Virus record (IMG/VR): IMGVR_UViG_3300029319_000001
Length of the DNA stretch: 64,000 bases
Strand: one strand, 5' to 3'
Source: a virus
Taxonomy: Duplodnaviria > Caudoviricetes
Shown here: positions 17,054 to 23,409 of the stretch, in pieces
Numbering within the stretch: position 1 is the stretch's first letter
Layout of the letters: the number at the start of each line of letters is the position of its first letter
Translations under genes and position numbers: made by a program
The notes under the pieces: generated by a model
What the model saw: the letters and a program-made list of their open reading frames with translations, nothing else
The model's database searches: none
What the model was told of the DNA's origin: nothing

Positions 17054-17241
17054 TGGCATTAAAGATGGACAAAGACCTTAAAAAGTTGATGAAAAAGTAT
17101 GATTTCAAACTTGAAAAGGTTGGCAAACACTATACTTGGCATGGGGCAAATGGTGCTATAATAGTAACATCCAAAACACCAGGAAAAGCAAGATATCTCA
17201 AGGAGATAGAATGCAACATTCGTAAACAACTCAGCAATTAA
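17053..17241 (+). CDS. HicA-like (dsRBD-fold) protein
   Basis: LKKLMKKYDFKLEKVGKHYTW...GAIIVTSKTP pattern with GKH His; 62 aa, basic. Confidence 0.6.
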   Translation: MALKMDKDLKKLMKKYDFKLEKVGKHYTWHGANGAIIVTSKTPGKARYLKEIECNIRKQLSN

Positions 17242-17245
17242 TCTC

Positions 17246-17464
17246 ATGAACAAAAAGCAATTTTTCCCATCACATTCTGAATCTATCGATGTAGGATATA
17301 TGACCTACCTTGATTTACTAACAGAGTTACAAAATTTAGATGAAGATAGACTTTTAGATGTTGTTACGGTCTATGATACACTAGACGATGTATTTTTACC
17401 AGTTGGTAGGATTATAACAAATAATCATAATGAGAAGATCGGAAGCACATGTTTAGAGGTATGA
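17246..17464 (+). CDS. Hypothetical early protein
   Basis: MTYLDLLTELQNLDEDRL..VTVYD pattern. Confidence 0.65.
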   Translation: MNKKQFFPSHSESIDVGYMTYLDLLTELQNLDEDRLLDVVTVYDTLDDVFLPVGRIITNNHNEKIGSTCLEV

Positions 17465-17518
17465 CAGTTTAATTAGTGTCTACAAATGCATGTTTTTGGT
17501 CAGATCATTTATTATAAT
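17463..17518 (+). promoter_or_regulatory. Box E plus -10
   Basis: GACAGTTTAATTAGTGTCTAC at 17463-17483; TATAAT at 17513-17518 (29 bp gap). Confidence 0.8.
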
Positions 17519-17525
17519 AGATGTA

Positions 17526-17598
17526 TAGGACAGAGGAAAGGTTTACGCCCCAACCGAGATAATTTCAAAGGAAAGGTTACCGCCCCAACCGAGTCCTA
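17526..17598 (+). ncRNA. Putative small structured RNA or 5' leader with two tandem hairpins
   Basis: TAGGAC/GTCCTA closing stem encloses two 25-bp repeats AGGAAAGGTT(TA/AC)CGCCCCAACCGAG at 17534-17558 and 17569-17593. Confidence 0.55.
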
Positions 17599-17625
17599 AA
17601 ATCTATTCAATTTAATTCAAAAACT

Positions 17626-17814
17626 ATGCGAAAAGGATTAAACATCGAAGTCACTAACTCTCAATATGACTTCCTTTATGACCTCGTGATGATGGCATAT
17701 GAGTTAGATATCCCAGAGCAAAAAGGTTGGGATATGCAAACTTTCGACAATCTTGTTGATAATGTATGCCAAGCAACAGAGACTAATTTATCAAACAATG
17801 TAAGAGGAGTTTAA
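17626..17814 (+). CDS. Hypothetical early protein
   Basis: ORF track; follows promoter E. Confidence 0.7.
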   Translation: MRKGLNIEVTNSQYDFLYDLVMMAYELDIPEQKGWDMQTFDNLVDNVCQATETNLSNNVRGV

Positions 17815-17815
17815 A

Positions 17816-18010
17816 ATGAATTACAGAATGACTAAAAAACAAGCAGTTCAGCAATTTAGATGGGATTGGTCAGATTTTGTACAAAGCAATCCATCATATA
17901 GAGGAGACAGTATTGCTAAACGATGTGCATTTAACGATTATGTTGACTCACTCAATAAAGACGGATTAGTAACAGATTATCAAGCATACAACTGGAGCAA
18001 CCCATTCTAA
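17816..18010 (+). CDS. Hypothetical early protein
   Basis: GAGGAG RBS; DSIAKRCAFNDYVDSLNKDGLVTDYQAYNWSNPF motif. Confidence 0.75.
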   Translation: MNYRMTKKQAVQQFRWDWSDFVQSNPSYRGDSIAKRCAFNDYVDSLNKDGLVTDYQAYNWSNPF

Positions 18011-18156
18011 TGAACATTCAAGAAGAAATCTTTGACCAAATCGAAGAACTAAACACTAGTTTAAGAGAATTAAATGATGGCGATTTAGTAGAATGTAGAT
18101 CAGCATTAATTGATCGCACTAACATAATCATGCAACTATTAGAGGAACTTTCATGA
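18010..18156 (+). CDS. Hypothetical 48-aa acidic protein (not in ORF track)
   Basis: TAATG and ATGA overlaps on both sides. Confidence 0.6.
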   Translation: MNIQEEIFDQIEELNTSLRELNDGDLVECRSALIDRTNIIMQLLEELS

Positions 18157-18413
18157 AATTCTATAATGTACAATCTAGAATAACCAAGGATAACCCAGTT
18201 CAATCAGAACATTTTGGTAGGCATTTTTGGTTAGATGATGAGCAAGAATTGATGAGTTGCCCATCATTCAACGATGATACCGCAGATTTTAACAATGCTG
18301 ATTATGTATCAGAGTGGACAGACCTCGAAGGTTTAGACCTAGGAAAATTGTTAGAAGTTTATAAAACTCTCATCAATCATGATAATTATATTGATGAACT
18401 AAGCAATGTGTAA
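18153..18413 (+). CDS. Hypothetical acidic early protein
   Basis: ORF track; overlap packing. Confidence 0.7.
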   Translation: MKFYNVQSRITKDNPVQSEHFGRHFWLDDEQELMSCPSFNDDTADFNNADYVSEWTDLEGLDLGKLLEVYKTLINHDNYIDELSNV

Positions 18414-18591
18414 ACAATTTATTAACCCTAAAATCATGAAACTAAAACCAAAAACAATTAAAGTAGAATTCACATTTGATGAATTATATCAAATGAACAA
18501 ATTGTATGAGACAATGTTAGATATGGATATGACAGAAGACCTACCCAAGGAAATTGAAACTAGTTTTGATAAAATTCGAGAGGCAAAGTAG
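18406..18591 (+). CDS. Hypothetical early protein
   Basis: ORF track; ends at box F. Confidence 0.6.
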   Translation: MCKQFINPKIMKLKPKTIKVEFTFDELYQMNKLYETMLDMDMTEDLPKEIETSFDKIREAK

Positions 18592-18646
18592 ACAGTTTAA
18601 TTAGTGTCTACTCATGCCTGTTTTTGGTATCATTATCCATTATAAT
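18591..18646 (+). promoter_or_regulatory. Box F plus -10
   Basis: GACAGTTTAATTAGTGTCTAC at 18591-18611, identical to box E; TATAAT at 18641-18646. Confidence 0.8.
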
Positions 18647-18674
18647 AGTAGTATAAACAAAGGAAATCGAAATT

Positions 18675-18893
18675 ATGAACAAAACTCAAACAGTTATGAA
18701 CCGAATCGTACAAGTTGACAACTTTCAGAATATGGCATGTTGTTGTGCAAACTGGGCAGAGTTCGTACAAGAATTAGCAGAGTGGGGTGTTGACGGTTGT
18801 GCTAAGATAGATTTTGATGATGCTGACCTAGATGTTGCTAGACTAGATGCTTTCATACATGCAGAAAACGGATATGTAAGGGAGGTTGCATAA
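18675..18893 (+). CDS. Hypothetical acidic early protein
   Basis: First ORF after promoter F. Confidence 0.75.
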   Translation: MNKTQTVMNRIVQVDNFQNMACCCANWAEFVQELAEWGVDGCAKIDFDDADLDVARLDAFIHAENGYVREVA

Positions 18894-19201
18894 TGCCATT
18901 TGACCATACATCACCCTATACAGAGTATAATGATCTAATGAGAAAAGCAAAGCAATTAGAACTAGAGAGTCAACTAAAGGAACTAAAAGCAATCCAACTT
19001 GACAATTTCAAAAGAGAACCGAATCATCCTAGAAACAAATTTGATTATGCTATCATAGTTCCAAATCATCCCCTAGGATATCATGAACACTATTGTATGG
19101 ACTTAGAAGTTGCAAAGCAATCGGCAAGAGAGTGGTCAGCAGATTATGGTCGAGTATCTGTAGAAGACAAAAACCTAAACACAGTTTACGCTATTTTTTA
19201 A
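18893..19201 (+). CDS. Hypothetical early protein
   Basis: TAATG overlap. Confidence 0.7.
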   Translation: MPFDHTSPYTEYNDLMRKAKQLELESQLKELKAIQLDNFKREPNHPRNKFDYAIIVPNHPLGYHEHYCMDLEVAKQSAREWSADYGRVSVEDKNLNTVYAIF

Positions 19202-19203
19202 TC

Positions 19204-19401
19204 ATGACAGAACAACAATCACTAGAGTGGGATGCCAAAATAGTTATGGAACAAATACACATGGCAGAGTCTAGGCATATGCAGATGGGGGCATTATGTT
19301 CCTATCTACTTCAATATCCTGATATGACAATCAGAGACTTTTTTACAATGTCAGCAAAAGAGATCAGAGAAGAAGAGGAGGAACTAGGTTATTATGAGTA
19401 A
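19204..19401 (+). CDS. Hypothetical early protein (start MTEQQ)
   Basis: 3' part of track ORF 19093..19401; avoids overlap with the upstream gene. Confidence 0.65.
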   Translation: MTEQQSLEWDAKIVMEQIHMAESRHMQMGALCSYLLQYPDMTIRDFFTMSAKEIREEEEELGYYE

Positions 19402-19576
19402 TATACAAAACGAGATCATACTTGAAAATCTATATGATGAAGTATGGATAGAATATAGAGACAAGAATAATTTAACTGATGACCAGTTATATGCACTTGA
19501 GCAAAATTCTATTAATGGTATTATACCAGAGATAGAAGCAGAAACTACCAGAAGATTTGATGATATGTGCCAATAA
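19394..19576 (+). CDS. Hypothetical acidic early protein
   Basis: NEIILENLYDEV pattern; ends at box G. Confidence 0.7.
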   Translation: MSNIQNEIILENLYDEVWIEYRDKNNLTDDQLYALEQNSINGIIPEIEAETTRRFDDMCQ

Positions 19577-19625
19577 TATTAGTGTCACAACAAAACCCCA
19601 TTCGGGGTTTTTTATTGGTTATAAT
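19569..19625 (+). promoter_or_regulatory. Box G plus extended -10
   Basis: GCCAATAATATTAGTGTCAC at 19569-19588; TATAAT at 19620-19625. Confidence 0.65.
19592..19613 (+). terminator. Intrinsic terminator embedded in promoter G
   Basis: AAAACCCC-ATTC-GGGGTTTT followed by Ts. Confidence 0.7.
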
Positions 19626-19655
19626 AAGAGTAACAAACAAACACAGGTAACACAC

Positions 19656-19973
19656 ATGAGAAAAATTGAAAGACAAATGAATCAAGCAATCAGGTCAGGC
19701 AATAACTTCTCATCATCCAATACTACAGTTAAGCACTTCGATGGCGATGCTGAAGTTTACCTACATGGCAATCATATCGCAACAGTAATGAGCAATTCAA
19801 TCATCATCAAAGATGGCGGTTGGCAATCCAATACAACTAAATCTAGACTCAATGCACTATTAGATGAGTTTTCATACGGTATGAGAGTTTTTCAGAAAAA
19901 CTTTGAGTGGTTCGTATCTTACAAAAATGTAAGCGAGGACTTCGTAAGCGGTATGGAACTAGCAATAGATTAA
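19656..19973 (+). CDS. Conserved phage hypothetical protein (start MRKIE)
   Basis: VYLHGNHIA...DGGWQSNTTKSRLNALL...VFQKNFEWFV motif; ATG downstream of promoter G. Confidence 0.8.
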   Translation: MRKIERQMNQAIRSGNNFSSSNTTVKHFDGDAEVYLHGNHIATVMSNSIIIKDGGWQSNTTKSRLNALLDEFSYGMRVFQKNFEWFVSYKNVSEDFVSGMELAID

Positions 19974-20027
19974 TGAAATCAACCGCTTACTTCTTTCTTT
20001 CAATCATCCTTTATCATTCTTTAAATT

Positions 20028-20282
20028 ATGTCAGCATACAGCAAACTTTTTGATTTCGTAGATTATGTTTGGTCATTCTACGGTAATGAAGACCCATTAT
20101 ATCCTATCAAGGGATTAACAAAAAAGCACATCTTTGACGCTATTTTTATATACAGAGACAAAATAATTGAAGCAGAGAAAACTGGCAATCCTTATTACAG
20201 TTGGGGCGATGGCGATTCACTAGACAGAGAGAGAGTAAGGGATATCATTCTAGATGAGTTCAAACTTGAGTGGGTGGGTTAA
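20028..20282 (+). CDS. Conserved cyanophage-type hypothetical protein
   Basis: FVDYVWSFYG...WGDGDSLDRERVRDI motif. Confidence 0.75.
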   Translation: MSAYSKLFDFVDYVWSFYGNEDPLYPIKGLTKKHIFDAIFIYRDKIIEAEKTGNPYYSWGDGDSLDRERVRDIILDEFKLEWVG

Positions 20283-20283
20283 T

Positions 20284-20403
20284 ATGAATTACGAAACATA
20301 TAAAGAGATCTTAAAACTCTATGAATCAGGCGATGGGTTCGAGTTTTTCGATCTCAAATCTGAGTACTACTATCTACTATTCAATCAAGAGGAGGATTTT
20401 TAA
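20284..20403 (+). CDS. Hypothetical 39-aa protein (not in ORF track)
   Basis: MNYETYKEILKLYESGDGFEFFDL...; fills the gap and carries the RBS for the next gene. Confidence 0.5.
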   Translation: MNYETYKEILKLYESGDGFEFFDLKSEYYYLLFNQEEDF

Positions 20404-20655
20404 ATGAAAAGAGAACCACAGTTGCCCGAATTCAACAAAAAGAAGAAAACACAGATCGAAAGAGATATTGCTTACTGTATAGACATACTAGGATTAAATA
20501 ATGGTCAGATCGGCGAAATGTTTAGAGCATGTGAAGAGTTAGGTAATATCTCAGTTCAGTATTTTTGTGAAGAGTTTATATTTCTTGCCGAAATGGATGA
20601 ATTAGAGAGGTATCACGATAATAACTATCTAACAATTAAGTGGGGGTTATTATAA
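20404..20655 (+). CDS. Hypothetical early protein
   Basis: GAGGAGG RBS; DIAYCIDILGL...EELGNISVQYFCEEF. Confidence 0.75.
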   Translation: MKREPQLPEFNKKKKTQIERDIAYCIDILGLNNGQIGEMFRACEELGNISVQYFCEEFIFLAEMDELERYHDNNYLTIKWGLL

Positions 20656-20966
20656 TGCCTAGAAAGAGTAAATTAAGTATGGATAAATTATCATCTGGAA
20701 TTGAGTATTTCACAGGGGTAAGTGCTACTTTAGTAGTCATATTTGCCGATAGTTATAATCAATATACCTTAGTCAATTTCCTATCTAAATATGAAGATGA
20801 GTTGGGAATCGCCCTAAAAAATGATACTTACCAGGATGAATACGATGGTTGGTTATTACATACCGAGCAAAGTTCAGAAAAAGATATTAATAGAATATGT
20901 GCTATAATAGAGGAAGATATAGACATTGACGAGTGTTATGTTCTATCACTAACTAATAACAATTAA
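20655..20966 (+). CDS. Hypothetical acidic protein
   Basis: Track ORF 20640..20966; likely start MPRK at the TAATG overlap. Confidence 0.65.
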   Translation: MPRKSKLSMDKLSSGIEYFTGVSATLVVIFADSYNQYTLVNFLSKYEDELGIALKNDTYQDEYDGWLLHTEQSSEKDINRICAIIEEDIDIDECYVLSLTNNN

Positions 20967-20974
20967 ATACAATT

Positions 20975-21148
20975 ATGTTATACAATGTACAACTTAGTCA
21001 TGAACAGTTAAGTATACTTAGAGTGCTACTTGGTAATTATAAAAGTAAGTGGGCAAAAAATAATGTGCCTTTACCTTTACATATAACAGACCTAATTGAT
21101 TCAACTGATTATCAACTAAGATGCAATTTAACAAAGGAAACTATGTAG
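20975..21148 (+). CDS. Hypothetical 57-aa protein (not in ORF track)
   Basis: MLYNVQLSHEQLSILRVLLGNYKSKW...; fills an otherwise empty gap. Confidence 0.45.
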   Translation: MLYNVQLSHEQLSILRVLLGNYKSKWAKNNVPLPLHITDLIDSTDYQLRCNLTKETM

Positions 21149-21357
21149 AATTCCCCGATAAAATGCGTGGAATTGTTGACTTTATAAGTGAACAATACAT
21201 AACCGTTTGTGTTAGTGTAAAGAAAAATGTGTGTGGTCATTCTTTACAACCAATGACTAAGTGTTGCCTGTTAGTTTATCCTAATGAACAGAAACAGTTA
21301 GTGTTAATTAAGGAAGAAAGTACACTAGAAGATATATACAAACCACACACAGATTAA
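21121..21357 (+). CDS. Hypothetical protein
   Basis: GIVDFISEQYITVCV...CCLLVYPN motif. Confidence 0.7.
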   Translation: MQFNKGNYVEFPDKMRGIVDFISEQYITVCVSVKKNVCGHSLQPMTKCCLLVYPNEQKQLVLIKEESTLEDIYKPHTD

Positions 21358-21514
21358 ACCCGTCTGAGTGTCATTTAAGGGGCATACATAAGTGTTTGTG
21401 AGTATATACGGAAAGTTATTAAATACCTTTTTAAATATACATGAGTGTTTTATTCTTCTCTCAGTAAATGTTAATTAATGTGTGTAAATGTACGGAGTTG
21501 TTGTAAGTTAAGCG

Positions 21515-21543
21515 AGTGTACTATGGATTCAAGTAAATGTCAA
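21515..21543 (-). promoter_or_regulatory. Minus-strand sigma70-like promoter
   Basis: Reverse complement reads TTGACA-17 bp-TACACT. Confidence 0.6.
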
Positions 21544-21611
21544 GTATCAGATTATAATATTACACAGAGGTCACAATTTCCTCACAGTTCTTGTTAATTA
21601 GGCAGGGTAAT

Positions 21612-21640
21612 TTGACATCTGCCAGTTACTTTGCTATAAT
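21612..21640 (+). promoter_or_regulatory. Consensus sigma70 promoter
   Basis: TTGACA-17 bp-TATAAT with TGn extension. Confidence 0.85.
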
Positions 21641-21671
21641 ACAGTTATTAACACTGAGGTATTGCAATCGT

Positions 21672-21812
21672 ATGGCAGAGTATTACTTAACCTTTGAAGA
21701 TTATGAAGAAAGTAATAACAATTCCGATGATAATGATGACCTTGATTATTACTCTCGCACAGACTATTATGAATCACTAAGTAATAATTATTATTGTAAT
21801 TATGGACACTAA
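21672..21812 (+). CDS. 46-aa Tyr/Asp/Asn-rich acidic peptide
   Basis: MAEYYLTFEDYEESNNNSDDNDDLDYYSRTDYYESLSNNYYCNYGH; GAGG upstream, follows the consensus promoter. Confidence 0.55.
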   Translation: MAEYYLTFEDYEESNNNSDDNDDLDYYSRTDYYESLSNNYYCNYGH

Positions 21813-21822
21813 GTAACACAAA

Positions 21823-21851
21823 TTGACAGTGTATTTCGTGCCTTATATGTT
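21823..21851 (+). promoter_or_regulatory. sigma70-like promoter
   Basis: TTGACA-17 bp-TATGTT. Confidence 0.5.
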
Positions 21852-21934
21852 ATCGTGGTTTTGTGATGCGGTTTAAATCGAAGGAACCTTTGTAAGCTAT
21901 AAACGACCCAATTCGACCTTGCTATATCTCTCTA

Positions 21935-22008
21935 GAAAAAAAATATCCAATATATAAAAACGAACATCAGGATTCGTTTTGTGAAAAAAAATATCCAGAA
22001 TATAAAAA
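21935..22008 (+). repeat. Two 26-bp A-tract direct repeats flanking a hairpin
   Basis: GAAAAAAAATATCCAATATATAAAAA (21935-21960) and GAAAAAAAATATCCAGAATATAAAAA (21983-22008); AAAACGAA/TTCGTTTT stem between them. Confidence 0.65.
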
Positions 22009-22142
22009 TTGCTATAAGGTTCGATCCTGTAGAGGACAAGTTAGTATTAGATTTGCCTGAGAGCATATGCAACCAGTTTGATTGGTATGAAGATACTGAG
22101 GTTAGTATGACCGTAGAAAGTGACGGAGTGTTTCTAGAATGA
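21981..22142 (+). CDS. AbrB/MazE-like (swapped-hairpin) small DNA-binding protein, GTG start (not in ORF track)
   Basis: VKKNIQNIKIAIRFDPVEDKLVLDLPESICNQFDWYEDTEVSMTVESDGVFLE: the LxLPExxxxxxxWxExxxVxxxxxxxxxxL pattern. Confidence 0.65.
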   Translation: MKKNIQNIKIAIRFDPVEDKLVLDLPESICNQFDWYEDTEVSMTVESDGVFLE

Positions 22143-22154
22143 AATAGGGGGTCG

Positions 22155-22183
22155 TTGACTGTGCCTATATAATCTGTTATAAT
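22155..22183 (+). promoter_or_regulatory. sigma70-like promoter
   Basis: TTGACT-17 bp-TATAAT with TG extension. Confidence 0.8.
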
Positions 22184-22204
22184 ATATGAAGTACATTATT
22201 CATT

Positions 22205-22960
22205 ATGGCTAAAGGATTTACTGTTAAGGCGAAAACACCAAAAAAGACTAAAGAACCCGAATGGGATTATGATAAAGCATGGGAGATGTTAAAGGGCAAG
22301 GCAATTGTCTTTTGTATGCCTGGTCGTGGATGCTCATTTCAGTTCTTAAAGAGTTTCGTTCAACTTTGTTTTGACTTAGTTCAGCATGGGGCGAGTATAC
22401 AGATATCTCAAGACTATAGTAGTATGGTCAACTTTGCTCGGTGTAAGTGTCTAGGGGCGAATGTTCTTAGAGGACCTGATCAGATACCTTGGGATGGCAA
22501 ACTAAACTACGACTACCAATTATGGATTGATAGTGATATCGTCTACGGAACAGAGAAGTTCTTACAACTCGTTCTTATGGACAAGGACATTGCTGCAGGT
22601 TGGTATATGACAGAAGATGGTCGTACTACTAGCGTTGCTCACTGGTTAGATGAGGGCGACTTCCGTAATAATGGTGGAGTTATGAATCACGAAACAGGTG
22701 AGACCATGACTAAGCGTAAGAAACCATTTACTGTCGATTACACTGGTTTTGGTTGGTGTCTGATTAAGAAGGGAGTATTTGAACATGAAGGTATGAAGTA
22801 TCCTTGGTTTGCTCCTAAGATGCAGGTATTTGAATCGGGCGATGTTCAAGATATGTGTGGGGAAGATGTGAGTTTCTGTCTTGATGCAATAGAATCAGGA
22901 TTTGAGATATGGTGCGATCCTCGTATAAGAGTGGGTCATGAGAAGATGAGAGTTATATAA
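22205..22960 (+). CDS. Conserved cyanophage GT-A-fold (glycosyltransferase family 2-like) protein
   Basis: WIDSDI (DxD), VDYTGFGWCLIKKGVFE, GEDVSFC, VGHEK. Confidence 0.75.
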   Translation: MAKGFTVKAKTPKKTKEPEWDYDKAWEMLKGKAIVFCMPGRGCSFQFLKSFVQLCFDLVQHGASIQISQDYSSMVNFARCKCLGANVLRGPDQIPWDGKLNYDYQLWIDSDIVYGTEKFLQLVLMDKDIAAGWYMTEDGRTTSVAHWLDEGDFRNNGGVMNHETGETMTKRKKPFTVDYTGFGWCLIKKGVFEHEGMKYPWFAPKMQVFESGDVQDMCGEDVSFCLDAIESGFEIWCDPRIRVGHEKMRVI

Positions 22961-23127
22961 TGTCAAAGACAGTTTACACAATCTATATCGGTGGAGTTGA
23001 GAAGCACACCGATATAAGTGAAACTGAATTTCTGGATCTCTTAGAGGACTATGCTTATTCCTATTATACAAAGAACTATCCAGACCCATCGACAATATCA
23101 CATACTATGAAAGAAATTAATGGCTAA
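22960..23127 (+). CDS. Hypothetical protein (not in ORF track)
   Basis: TAATG overlap; MSKTVYTIYIGGVEKHTDISETEFLDLLEDYAYSYY... Confidence 0.55.
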   Translation: MSKTVYTIYIGGVEKHTDISETEFLDLLEDYAYSYYTKNYPDPSTISHTMKEING

Positions 23128-23269
23128 AACATTTACAAACTTATCAGGTGGTCAGTGGATTGAAAGAATCCCTAAAAAGACTCGACAAGGACAAGGAAAA
23201 CACTCAAAATTTTCTAGCACCGCCCGAAACGCTGCTCGTAAACCATATAGAGGACAAGGTAAAAAATGA
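23120..23269 (+). CDS. 49-aa basic peptide (not in ORF track)
   Basis: PKKTRQGQGKHSKFSSTARNAARKPYRGQGKK, recalled as a conserved cyanophage peptide. Confidence 0.65.
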   Translation: MAKTFTNLSGGQWIERIPKKTRQGQGKHSKFSSTARNAARKPYRGQGKK

Positions 23270-23409
23270 ACTTCTGGGAATTTTTACAATGGGCATGGGA
23301 GACTCTAGGATGGGTTGAGGGTGCTTTATTTACAGTGTGGTTGTATGGAATGTATTGGGGAAAGAAAAGAATTGACGAACACTTCAGACGCAGAAGGAAC
23401 AAAGAATGA
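23266..23409 (+). CDS. 47-aa Trp-rich membrane peptide (not in ORF track)
   Basis: MNFWEFLQWAWETLGWVEGALFTVWLYGMYWGKKR...; ATGA overlaps on both sides. Confidence 0.55.
   Translation: MNFWEFLQWAWETLGWVEGALFTVWLYGMYWGKKRIDEHFRRRRNKE

Noticed and set aside
17534-17593. Mini-CRISPR interpretation of the 25-bp direct repeats
   Set aside because: Only two repeats, a 10-bp spacer, and no cas genes or leader; better explained as tandem RNA hairpins.
17534-17593. Guanidine-II (mini-ykkC) riboswitch
   Set aside because: Twin hairpins fit superficially, but the loops are 8 nt and C-rich rather than ACGR tetraloops, and the downstream gene is not a transporter.
6896-19588. Reading the early box as an NtcA (GTA-N8-TAC) or Pho box
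   Set aside because: Spacing and half-sites do not match (e.g. box D gives GTA-N11-TAC), and there are no 11-bp-period direct repeats.
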